Assembly: GCF_018350175.1 (NCBI RefSeq)
Contig: NC_058369.1
Span: forward strand, 27,220,001-27,284,000
Direction: 5' to 3'
DNA length: 64,000 nt
From: Felis catus
Lineage: Eukaryota
Positions 11,760-22,917 of the stretch are shown in pieces. A program made the position numbers and the translations under genes. The notes under the pieces were generated by a model. It ran no database searches, was not told the origin of the DNA, and saw nothing but the letters and a program-made list of their open reading frames with translations. The stretch's first letter is position 1. Each line of letters opens with the position of its first letter.

Positions 11760-12151
11760 ATTAGTTTTATATTTTTAATTTTTTTACTCTTATTTTTGAG
11801 AGACAGAGAGCAGGGGAGGAACAGAGAGAGAGGGAGACACAGAATCCGAAGCAGGATCCAGGCTCTGAGCTGTCAGTAACTGAACAGGGCTTTATGTAAA
11901 CTGTGCTTGGACCAAGTGAAGACAAATGACTCTATGGGATTTTGTAAACAAAATGTTGGATTAAACCCAGCAAATTCCTAAGAACACAAGGGAGCAGCAT
12001 ATACTCATATTGCAAGTGGCAATTTCATTTTACAAAACACCATATTTCATGTGAACTTTAATTCACATCACAGGGCTAGAACTCATGAACCTCAAGATCA
12101 TGACCTGAGCCAAAGTCAGACACTTAACCGACCGAGCCACCCAGGTGCCCC
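11760..12151 (-). mobile_element. Can-SINE (SINEC_Fc) interrupted by a 185 bp insertion
   Basis: SINE 3' half at 11760-11876, 5' half at 12064-12151; degenerate TSD aaacttaatctatttt / aaacttaagatatctt. Confidence 0.9.
11878..12063 (+). repeat. ~185 bp direct repeat, copy 2 (inserted within a SINE)
   Basis: Matches 10947-11129; splits the SINE between ...gagctgtcag and caca...gggctagaactc. Confidence 0.95.
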
Positions 12152-12377
12152 TTAAACTTAAGATATCTTAAATGAAGAACTCCCCAATACAAGAGAATGT
12201 GCAAAATCTCTATGTGCTTTGTGTATCTTCCATAAGGATTCTCTACAGAAAAGAATGGCTTAAAATAACATCAGTTCCAAAGATGGCCCAACTGTGGTGT
12301 CCATAACCTAAACCGGTGGTTCTCCTCCTTTAGATCCATAAAGCACTGGTGGAACTTGCTTGAAAATTGAAACTTCA

Positions 12378-12608
12378 GGGGCGCCTGGGTGGTGCAGTCG
12401 GTTAAGCGACCGACTTCAGCCAGGTCACGGTCTCGCGCTCCGTGAGTTCGAGCCCCGCGTCAGGCTCTGGGCTGATGGCTCAGAGCCTGGAGCCTGTTTC
12501 CGATTCTGTGTCTCCCTCTCTCTCTGCCCCTCCCCCGTTCATGCTCTGTCTCTCTCTGTTCCAAAAATAAATAAACGTTGAAAAAAAAACAATTAAAAAA
12601 AAAAAAAA
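12378..12608 (+). mobile_element. Young feline Can-SINE (SINEC_Fc1-like)
   Basis: CpG-rich, long A tail, perfect TSD gaaaattgaaacttca (12362-12377 / 12609-12624). Confidence 0.97.
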
Positions 12609-12764
12609 GAAAATTGAAACTTCAGGGCTTGACTCCCATGAAAATTTGCAGTTTACTCCCTCCCCAGGTGGGAAACAGTGCTACACTTGGTGGGTCACAG
12701 TGCCTGTTGCGATTGGACCAGCCATCTGCTAGAAGAGTACCTGGCCCTTCTGAATAATCATAGC

Positions 12765-12970
12765 CCTCATTACTGAGCCCCTACTTCAAGGCAGATTAAC
12801 ACATTGGATCCTTACAAGATCGTTAAGTAACTGGTTAGTGTTTTATGCATGTTACAGATGAGGAAACTAAAGTTTAGAAGAGACCAGCCTCTTCTCCATC
12901 GTTAAACACCTAGTGGTGAACAGAGCTGGGGCATAAAGTCTTGTCTTACTCCTAAGACTGCTGCTCCATC
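12765..12970 (-). mobile_element. MIR SINE remnant
   Basis: ttactgagcccctact...gttacagatgaggaaactaaagtttaga...cagagctgggg. Confidence 0.7.
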
Positions 12971-13245
12971 CAGTTGCTTGACAGATAAGCATCCATGCAG
13001 GACCTTAAATCCTTGCTGAATCAACTGAGCTAAGTAAATAAAAAGCACCTTGGTTGCAGCTTATTTTATTCCTAAACCTGTAAATTTGGCCTGGTGAAAT
13101 TTTGGCATGGTCTTACATGAAGACCCGTTTGGTTTGGGCTTCGTAATCCACTTACTTGCATTCTCTTCACCCCTGTTCGTCTGTTGTCTTTCCTGTATGG
13201 CCCCTGTTAGGCTTGTCCTCAAATCCAAAGTCTCTGTCCTCCATT

Positions 13246-13285
13246 GTTTTTTTGTTTTGTTTTGTTTTGTTTTGTTTTGTTTTTG
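13246..13285. repeat. (TTTTG)n microsatellite
   Basis: Directly visible tandem pentamer. Confidence 0.95.
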
Positions 13286-13897
13286 CATGACTGAGCTTGA
13301 CAAATGCCTTCATTTGAGAAGGCAAGCTGCCTCCCTGTGCTTGGTTTAATGTGAGCTTGGTAGAGTGGCATTGCTGGCTTTAGCATTAGTCCCCAGTGCT
13401 TTTAGTGCTTGTTGGTCTAAGTAATTGTCCTTTTAAGACTCAGATTAAGATCACAAATTCAAGAGTCCAAGACTCAGCTGCCCCAGGATGCAGGGCAGTC
13501 TATGAGGGTAAGGAGGCTCTTCTCAGCAATATGAGCTAAAAGTATGGCTATCACTTTTGACACTACTCCTTTAAGAAAAGACCAGAAAGATAGAAGAAAC
13601 CCTAACTAGACTTCAGTCTGGTGCTGCTAGTAGTTATCTTATCTGACTTGTTGGCAACTCAAGTTGGATAATGGATCATGTTCAATAAACGGGTCTTGTG
13701 TGCCTGCAGAGGTCTCCTGATGGGCAATGAGGGGTCTGTAAATAAGACAAAAATCTAACCATGGATACATTCATGAAGATCTAGAGGCTAACGACAAAAT
13801 AAAAACATCTGACATTTAAAAAGTGTCACAAGGAGATCTGAGATCTCTCTTTGTTGCTTGGGAAATGGACTATCCCAACTACACTTTGCTGCTCATG

Positions 13898-13982
13898 TCA
13901 TGATCTCAAGTCATGATCTCACAGTTTGTGAGATCCAGCCCAGCATTGGGTTCTACGCTGACAGTGCGGAGCCTGCTTAGGG

Positions 13983-14020
<38 letters not shown>

Positions 14021-14092
14021 CCCCCTTTCTCTCTGCCCCTCCCCCTTGTGCATGCACTCACTCTCAAAATATTTAAAAATAATAATAAATAT
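13898..14092 (+). mobile_element. Can-SINE, 5'-truncated
   Basis: gtcatgatctcacagtttgtgag...gctgacagtgcggagcctgcttagggattc(tc)n...ctcaaaat tail. Confidence 0.85.
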
Positions 14093-14399
14093 TTAACAAA
14101 CTGGGAAATACTGAAACAGTTCCTTTGTATGACAAAGAAACTGTTCTTGTGTATGCACATGTGCACATGCAGTCCTAATTAAATTAATTGCTTATGGAGA
14201 ACTGTTTCTCTAAATATTTCAGGCAGGAACAAACTATAACAGCAGGGGGAAGAAACTCAATTGAGGGGTGCATGGCATCATCTAAAAAGGGTGAGAAATC
14301 ACTCTGTCAAACGAGAGGATTAAAATTAAACAGGTATCAAAATTACATACGCCTTGGAAGAATGGCTTACACTAGGAAATTGACTATCAGGCAGGGGGT

Positions 14400-17055
14400 A
14401 TGAAAGTAAACTGCTGTCTGTAATTTCATCCTGTCACAGGTAACTACAGTTGTAGTCAACATGCTAATAGCAACAAAGGGGACTGTCTGCTGCACACTCA
14501 GAAGGAGCCAGCTTGATGAACCATCTGGGTTGTTTAGTAAAGAATCAAGATCTCTTTCCAGCTCTTAGAACACCACTAGAATTCTTAAGTACAGCTACTT
14601 AAGAGCAGAGAAGTTCATTATATCTACTAGTATCAATTACCAAAAAAAAAAAATCCCCTGAAAAACATAGGGTGAATGAAAGAATCCTATATGTGGCGAA
14701 ACTTAGGGGGTAAAATTGTAGGCGAGTAGAGCACTATTATTAGAGTTCATAGTTGCCACAACTGGTAATGACCCATCAGCAAAAGACCTCTGTCCATAGG
14801 GCTATTGCAGAGAGATGCCAACCCAAGGATATTTCCTATAGCTGCTGAAACTTCTTATTCCACTTAAGGAAGTTTATTAGATGTCTCTTATAGGGATAAT
14901 CTGTAACTCTAATATTTCGAATCAGAATATTCTGCATTTTAACCATTATTAGTACTGATGACTTAAGGTATCCCTGACAGCCCATTGCATGGGACCTACC
15001 AGACTGTGGCCATACTGCAGCTGAGAACCATTTTTTCAAGATGGTGGTGGTGGTGGGGGGTCATTCTTTATTGAAGCTTCTGTCTCTTCCAGTGTAAGGT
15101 CCCAGAATGCAGATTCAATGCTTGTATTGGGAATATAAATGGGGAAAGAGGCATATGAGCTTATCCTCAAATGGAGGAGAACCATAGTTGTTGGTATTTA
15201 TGGATGGAAATTCTTGGGAAATACCATGATTATGTTGTTTACTTTTAGAGGTTATTTGTGGATACCTGGGCCAGGTAACTTCCCCAAAGATTCCCAGTGG
15301 TTAGAATATTGGCCAAATCTTTAACATGATGCTCCAAGCCCCATGCTGAATCCTATGATTAATCTTTGTGTTGGCATCTTTACAGTGGGCCATGAAGTTA
15401 CCTTCTCAGTGGTCAGATCCTGTCCTGAATTAACACTGACTAAAACATTTATTATAAGACAGACAAATCTATTATCTGATCAGGGTAATTGATGCTACCT
15501 GCTATAATAGACAAATCTCCCCAAATGTAATGATCCAAGATTCTCTCTTGTTCATATAAGATCATCTGTAGTTTGATGGCCCCTATTACTATACCATCAG
15601 GAATATATGACCTGTAGGGGTAGGGAGAGCTGGAGAAGATACATTGTCTCATAAACCATTGATCAAACTAGCCACATGACCTTAACATCAGCATTTGGGG
15701 GAGGGGTGTGGGAATTCAGAACAATGCATGGATGTCTGATAAGTCTCCCACAGGAAACCTACCATTTCTAGACAATGCCACACAAATATTATTTCAGGTC
15801 TGGATGTGGCTCCTATTCATTTGGAGACCTAAGAATTAAACTGTCAGCCTTCACTTACTCATCTGTATCCATGACAAATAGGATCATCACAGCAAGCATA
15901 CTTACTAATTTCCTATCATTTGGAAAGTGAAAGAATGGAGTCTGCTAGCAGCCGCTGATCCCCAGTAATCTGAAATCTACCAGGCATGGGCAGGCATCTC
16001 AGCCTCCCAGAGAGGAGAGTTTCCTTGTTTAGGCTCTGTGAAAGGATTCCTTTGTTCACTGTTCTCCTGTGGACCCTGGTTTGAATTCTCAAACCTATTT
16101 TGTTCTCATCTTCTTTTCTTCCCAAATTAATGACTGCTATCTTGAGGCTAAGGGAAACAAAATGTAGGAAAGCCATATCCCTGCCTCTTCCTACCCCCCT
16201 ACCCCAGAAAAAGGCCTAAGGTTTTTAATATATAACTTTCATAAATCAGGGTGACAAAGATGAATAATTTAGTAGAAACAAGACAAAGTCTACAAAGAGG
16301 CATTCACAAGGAGAAATGCAGTTGGCCAATAAGTATGAGAAAAAGCTGTTCATCATCACAAATTTTAAAAATTAAAATGAGCTACATTTTCTACCACTTG
16401 GTATAGGTTTTGATATACTTTAAGGTATACAACACCTTATATTTATATTTAAGGTGTACAACAGGATGATGTGATACCCATACACATGATTATTATAGCC
16501 AAGCTAATTAACATATCCTCTCATAGATCCCCTTGATTTTTGTGATGAGAGCACCTGCTGAAGTCTCAGCATATTTCCGATATTGGATACAGTATTAACT
16601 ATAGTCATCATGCCTGCACATTAGATGTCTAGACTTATTCATTCAGTTATCGCTTAATTGAGTCTTTGCTCTGAGTCATTTTATCCAGTTGAAAGGTTTA
16701 ATTGGGCACCTGGAGTGCAGGGGCCTGAATTTTGAGACCCATATATTTCCTTGTATTTATTTTTGTAAGCTTGCCAGGACTTCCCCTAGCTCATCCTTCT
16801 AGCAACATCTTGCCATATGTAGCCAGTGGCAACCAACACACTCTAATCATCTGTTTTCAGTATGGTAGGCACATGGTCTGCCTGCTGAGGCAGCACAGAC
16901 ACGGCAGCCACTGAATTTGTTGTCCTGCAAAACCGGACCACCATCTTTGTATCCTCTGATAGCCAGTTCCTCGCTGCCTGCTGCCCAACGGATACACTAA
17001 TGGGTATATTTTATGATTTTGTTACGATCACACCCTGCTTCTGGGTTCCAATATC
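14400..17055 (-). mobile_element. MaLR/ERVL internal region (MLT1-int-like) with decayed pol-like remnants; interrupted by an L1 fragment at ~16240-16640
   Basis: 5' internal/PBS-type signature at 16990-17055 (atattttatgattttgttacgatcacaccctgcttctgggttccaata); gtggcaaccaacacactctaat; minus-strand translations loosely resemble ERVL RT/RNase H. Confidence 0.6.
16240..16640. mobile_element. Old L1 fragments (L1ME/L1MA-like)
   Basis: aagaggcattcacaaggagaaatgcagttggccaataagtatgagaaaa (ORF2 3' region, +) and ttaaggtgtacaaca...gtattaactatagtcatcatg...cattagatgtctagacttattc (3' UTR, -). Confidence 0.6.
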
Positions 17056-17300
17056 TCTCTAAGGATAATTAATGACAAAATTTCAGTAGTTTCACACAGT
17101 AAAGGCCAAATGGCCCTGCTCTGTCTAGTAGCTGTGCCATCTGAAATGTGATCTCTAAGCTCTCCACAGCAAATGTCACAGGGCACTGCCACTCATGGTC
17201 CATTAGCCAGAACCGGACATGAGGCAGGGTGGTCAACCTCACTGCAAGGAAGCCTGGGGGTCTGTAGTGAAGCCCAAGAATCTTGACCTATCTCAGCCAC
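17056..17300 (-). mobile_element. MLT1 (J/K-like) LTR adjoining the internal region
   Basis: gtccattagccagaacc...cctcactgcaaggaagcctggggg tctgtagt is a typical MLT1 motif. Confidence 0.6.
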
Positions 17301-17676
17301 GTGTGCTCACATAACTTGAGCAGCCAGCTGCTGCATTACAATTCCCTTATCCACAGCTCTGCACAAGTGTAGCCACAGCATCAGAATGGATTCTGTTTCC
17401 CAGGATGACGGATTTTTGCCCCCAAACTCCTACCTGCTTCACCATGGAACTGGTTGTGTAAAGGAGAGTGGTATAGGTTGGCAGTGGCAGTCATGGATCA
17501 CCCTAGAGGTTCTGCCAAGTGCCTCCCACCCCACTTCTCTCTTTTTAAATTCCTCAGTTACTGCTTCCTCTTTTCCAGCACCACCCCCCCCCCAACACTT
17601 AGCTTGCTTTTCAGGTCTGGAATGCTAGGGTGAAAGGCACTTCAGTTTCTCCTTACTTAATTTTTAAAAATAAAGT

Positions 17677-17678
<2 letters not shown>

Positions 17679-17713
<35 letters not shown>
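17679..17713. repeat. (GT)n microsatellite
   Basis: Directly visible. Confidence 0.95.
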
Positions 17714-17714
<1 letters not shown>

Positions 17715-17827
17715 TATTTCAGGTTTTAAGAGTAATGAATGCTGATGTAAACCTAGAAAATACAGTAGTATATAAAGAACAAATAAAACTACCCGTTATT
17801 TGATAACCTAAGAATGATCACGATTAG

Positions 17828-17875
17828 GAGCACTTGGCTAGCTCAGTAGGTAGAGCATGCAGCTCTTGATCTCAG
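17828..17875 (+). mobile_element. Can-SINE 5' head only (tRNA-Lys-like A box)
   Basis: ggagcacttggctagctcagtaggtagagcatgcagctcttgatctcag, then an abrupt break. Confidence 0.75.
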
Positions 17876-17880
17876 AGAGA

Positions 17881-18081
17881 TTCTGTTTGTTTATTTTTGA
17901 GAGACACAGAGACAGAATGTGAGTGGGTTGGGGCAGAGAGAGGGAGGCACAGAATCTGAAGCAGGCTCCAGGCTCCGAGCTGTCAGCACAGAGCCTGACA
18001 CGGGGCTCGAACTCACGAGCTGTGAGATCATGACCTGAGCCAAAGTGGGATGCTCAACTGACTGAGCCACCCAGGCACCCC
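17881..18081 (-). mobile_element. Can-SINE (SINEC_Fc)
   Basis: gtttatttttgagagacacagagacag...gctgtcagcacagagcctgacacggggctcgaactc...gagccacccaggcacccc. Confidence 0.95.
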
Positions 18082-18154
18082 GTGTGTCCTGCTTTTCTTA
18101 ACACTGATCCTGAACATGACCTTGTTATTGGGTATTTCCATAAGCATGATAGTT

Positions 18155-19500
18155 TCACTGAGGTAAACTTAAGACATCATATAATTAACCATTTTAAAGT
18201 GTAAAATTCAGTGGCATTTAGTACATTCACAATGTAATGCAGCTATTGTCTCTATTTAGTTCTGAAAAATTTTTATCACCCACAAGGAAACTGTACCCAT
18301 TAGGCATTTGCTCCCCAACCCGTGGAAACCACCATCTGCTTTCTGTCTCTATGGATTTACCTGTTCTGATATTTCCCATAAATGGTAACCTATAACATGT
18401 CACCTTTGATGTCTGCCTTCTGTTACCTTGCATGATGTTTTCAAGGTTCATCCATGTTATGACATGAATTAGTACTTCATCCCTTTTTATGGCTGAAACA
18501 TTCTGTGCTATGGATGTAATACATGTTTATCCGTTTTATCCATTTGATGGACACTTGGGTTATTTACACCTTGTGGTTATTGTGAATAGTGTTAAGAACA
18601 ATAAAATATACATTTTTGTTGAAATACCGGTTTTCAGCTATTTTGGGTATATTCCTGTGGGTGGAATTTCTGCATTGTATGGTAATTCCAGGTTTAACTT
18701 TTTGAAGAGCCACCAGGCTGTTTTCCACAGCAGCTGTATCATTTCATATCCCACCAATGTATGAGGGTTCCAATGTGCCACATCCTTACCAATAATTCTT
18801 TTCTTTTTAATTATAACCATCCCAGTATGTGTGAAGTGATACCTCATAGTGGTTTTGATTTGACTAATGACTAGTGACTAATGACTAATAGTATTAGTCA
18901 TTTGATTTGACCAATGACTAATATTTTCACGTGCTTTTTGGCCATTTATGTATCTTGGGAGAAACTCAAGTCTTCTGTCCACGTTTTATTTGGGGTTTGG
19001 GTTGAGATTTTAGATTTCTTTATATATTATGGATATTAGACCCTTCTGAGACCTATTTTCTCCCCTTGTGTGGGTTGTCTTTTTCACTTTCTGATGGTGT
19101 CCTTTTAAACACAAAAAATTTAGATTGTATAAAGTCCAACTTATACTTTTCTTGCTTGTGCTTTTGGTGTCTGTTAGAATTCATATCCACATCCAACATC
19201 TTCAAGATTTACCCTGTTTTCTTTTAGAAGTTTTATACTTTAGCTCTTACACATAGACCTTTAGTCCATTTTGAGTTAATCATTTTACATAGTGTGAGGT
19301 AGGGATTCAACTTCATTCTTCTGCATGTTTGATAAAAACATGTAGTTCCAATGACATTTTGAAGAGACTCTTCTTTCTTCCATTGGATGATATTGGCACC
19401 ATTGTTGAAATAATTGAGTCTATTTGGCTCTCATTATGTCAGCACCACACTGTTGTATTTATAGTAAGTTTTGAAATAAGGAAGGGTGAATCCTCCCTTC
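18155..19500 (-). mobile_element. L1 (L1MB-like) 3' UTR and ORF2 C-terminal remnant
   Basis: attaaccattttaaagtgtaaaattcagtggcatttagtacattcacaatg 3' end; ORF 18638-18847 MRYHFTHTGMVIIKK...KKLNLELPYNAEIPPTGIYPK is the L1 ORF2p C-terminus. Confidence 0.9.
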
Positions 19501-21985
19501 TTATTTTTTGAAGTATAATCGACCTTCAGTATTTTGTTTCAGGAGTATAATAATGATTTGATTTTTATACACATTATAAAATGATTACCATAACTCCAGC
19601 TATCATTTATCACCATACAAAGTTTTTACAATATTAACTATGTTCTGTAAGTCTAGGTACCATGTCACCATACATGTTTTTACAATGTTGACTATATTCT
19701 ATACTGTACATTACATCTCCACATCTTATTTTTTAAGTGGAAGATTGTACTTCTTAATCCCCTTCACCTGTCTCTCCATCCCACCCCCTCTGGCAATCAT
19801 CAGTTGGTTCTCTGTATCTAGGAATCTGTTTGTTTTATTTGTTCTGCTCTTTAGGTTCCACATAAGTGAGATAATATGGTATTTGTCTTTTTCTGTCTGA
19901 TTTATTTAATTTAGCATAATATCCTCTAGGTTTATTCATGTTGTTACAGATGGCAAGATCTCATTCCTTTCTATGACTAATATTGTTATATATATGTTAT
20001 ATATAAACTTAAACACGTATATATACATCTCCTATATTCATCAGTAGGTGGACACTTAAGTTGCTTCTCTATCTTGGCTACTTTAAATAATGCTTCCATG
20101 AACAAGGGATGAATGTGTCTTTTTAAATTAGTGTTTTTGTTTACTTTGGATACTCAGAAGTGGAATTGCTGAATTATATGATAGTTCTATTTTTAATTTT
20201 CTAAGGAAACTCCATACAGTTTTCCATAGTAACTACATGAGTGTACATTTCCACCAACAGTGCATGAGGGTTCCCTTTACCCTATATCCTTAATAACACT
20301 TGTTTCTTTACTTTTTGATAATAGCCATTCTGACAGGTGTGAAGTGATAGCTCATTGTGATTTTGATTTGCATTTCCCTGATGACTAATGATGAAAACAT
20401 CTTCTCATGTACCTATTGACCATCTGCATATCTTCCCTGGAAAAATACCTATTCAGGTCCACTGCCCCCTTTTTAATTTTTTTTTTTATATTGAGTTAGG
20501 AGTTCTTTATATATTTTCAATGTTAAACCACCTACTGGATATATTATTTGTAAATATATGCTCCCATTCAGTAGTTTGCCCTTATGTTTTGTTAATGGTT
20601 TCCTTTGCTTTGCAAAAGCTTCAGTTTGATATGGTCCTATTTGTTCTTTGCTTTTGTCAACCTAACCTGAGGATACAGGTCCAAAAAATATTTTGTTGAG
20701 ACTGATGTCAAAGAGCTTACTGCCTATGGTTTTCTTGTAGGAGTCTTATGGTTTCAGGTCTTACATTTACATCTTTAACCCATTTTGGATTTGTTTTCAT
20801 ATATGATATAAGAAAGTTGTCCAGTTTTATTCTTTTTCATGTAGTTGTTTAGTTTTCTCATCACCATTTATTAAAGAAACTCTTTTCTTCATTTTATATT
20901 CTTGCCTTCTGTGTCATAGATTTACTGATGATGTAAGTACAGGTTTATTTCTGGGTTCTCTGTTATGTTCCATTGATATATGTGTCTGTTGTTTGTTGCC
21001 AGTATCTTACTCTTTTAATTACTGTACCTTTGTGATATGAGATCCAGGTGTGTGATACCTCCAGCTGCTTCTTTCCCAAGATTGCTTTGGCTATCCAGGA
21101 TCTTTCATTGTTCCATGCACATTTTAGAATTATTTGGTCTAGTTCTGTAGAAAATTCAGTTGGTATTTTGATAAGAATTACATTGCATCTGTAGATTGCT
21201 TTGGGTAATAGGGACATTTTAACAATATTGCACTTCATGAGAACAGTATATCATTCCATTTGTGTTGTCTTTAATTTCTTTCACCAATTGAAACCAATCT
21301 TATGGTTTTCAGAGTAAAGGTCTTTCACCTCGTTGGTTAAATATATGTCTAAGTATTTTATTTTTTGATGCAGTTAAATTACAAATGGGATTGCTTCTTA
21401 ATTTCTCTGATAGTTTATTAGTATATAGAAACACAAAATATTTCTATGTATTTTGTATCCTGTGACTTTACTGAATTTCTTTATTCTAATAGTCTTTTTG
21501 TGGAGTCTTTAGGGTTTCTTATGTATCATTCTTATGTATTTATGTATTGCAAATAGTAACCACTTTATGTCTTCTCTTCCAATTTAGGTTACTTTTTTTT
21601 TTTAACTTAATTTTGAAAGAGAGAGAGTGTGAATGGGGGAGGTTCAGAGAGAGGGAGAGAGAGAATCCTGTGCTCACAGCATGGAGCCTGAGGTGGGGCT
21701 TGATTCCACAACTATGAGATCATGACCTGAGCCAAAATCAAGTGTTGGATGCTTACCCAACTGAGCCACCCAGGTGACCCTAATTTCGGTGGCTTTTATT
21801 TCTTTTTCTTGTCTAATTGCTATGGCTAGGGCTTCCAATACTCTGTTCAATAAAAGGTGGTGAGAGTAATCATTCTTGTTTTTTATAAGATTTTACAGAA
21901 AAAACCTTTCATCTGTTCACTGTTGAGTATGCTATTAGCCATCAGTGTGTCATATATGGCCTTTATTACATTGAGGTATCACTTT
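19501..21985 (-). mobile_element. Second, younger L1 (carnivore L1/L1MA-like) 3' ~2.3 kb inserted against the first
   Basis: New 3' end at ~19501; ORF 20963-21238 NIVKMSLLPKAIYRCNVILIKIP...IAKAILGKK is L1 ORF2p; many stops and frameshifts. Confidence 0.9.
21593..21780 (-). mobile_element. Can-SINE inserted in L1
   Basis: gagatcatgacctgagccaaaatcaag...ctgagccacccaggtgaccc; degenerate TSD aatttaggttactt / aatttcggtggctt. Confidence 0.85.
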
Positions 21986-22917
21986 TTTTCTTTTTTCAAG
22001 ATTATGGAAGTACAATTCAATGTCTTCATGACATTGTACTGTATGTACATACCTCAATTTATTTTTCTGGTCTCTTAAGGTTGGAAAATAGATTGTTCTA
22101 TTCAGTTTTCAAGTAGTCCTTGTGAACCACCACAAGCCAATATTTAAAAAAAATACAGCTGTGGGCAGGACAGCAATATTTTCCACTAAAATTGAAAATG
22201 AAGAGTGCTCATATGCAAAACTTTACTAATAGAATGGTATACAAATAAAACATTAAAAATAAAAACTGAGAAGTGAGCATATAGGTAGAAAATATTTCTA
22301 TTTCTGCTGCCTAATAGTATGGGAAACTATCCTCCAACTACCTTCAAATATACCACATACACTCTCTGACACAAATACTAGATTTGGCCTAAGTCGTGTA
22401 ATGAATAACTTTGTCTCTGATAGGGAAAATAAATGGACATTCCATCATGCTGAAAATACAAATTCTTGTATTCTAGTCTGTCTATACCTGTGTGAACTCT
22501 AGAGCTATATCAAAAGAGCAAATGGTTTATTTTTATTTCCTAAAAATTGAGGTTTATTTGTAAATAAAAAAAAAATGAGTCCTCAGACTTCTCATAATTA
22601 AATGGCTTAAGACCTAGAAAGCCCTTTTAACAGTACCTACCCCATAAGTCCTTAATAAATGTTAGTTGTTTTTCTAGAAAGTTCACCAATTTCTACTCTG
22701 CCTTTGTTCCTTTACCCAAGAAAATGGGATTAAGAAGACCACTTCAATCCTGATACCAGAAAAAAATTTTCTTACCTCCCACAACCCCCAATTCTGTGCA
22801 CAAAGCTATTTAAGAGGTTTGGAAGCTTTCTGACCATGAACTGGTCCATTAATTTTAATATTGAGCTTTTGGGTCTGAACACAGTATAACCAAGAACATT
22901 AAAAAAAAGATGCTCCA

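Noticed and set aside
12360..12581. ORFs with GAPGW...EFEPRVRLWADGSEPGACFRFCVSLSLCP (also 8591, 22910, 44934-45276, 51160, 58426)
   Set aside because: These are translations of Can-SINE sequence, not genes.
17828..17875. tRNA gene
   Set aside because: It is the tRNA-derived head of a Can-SINE; there is no B box or cloverleaf.
18638..21238. L1 ORF2p-like peptides (also 33041-33265)
   Set aside because: Short, frameshifted fragments of dead L1 copies; not functional CDS.
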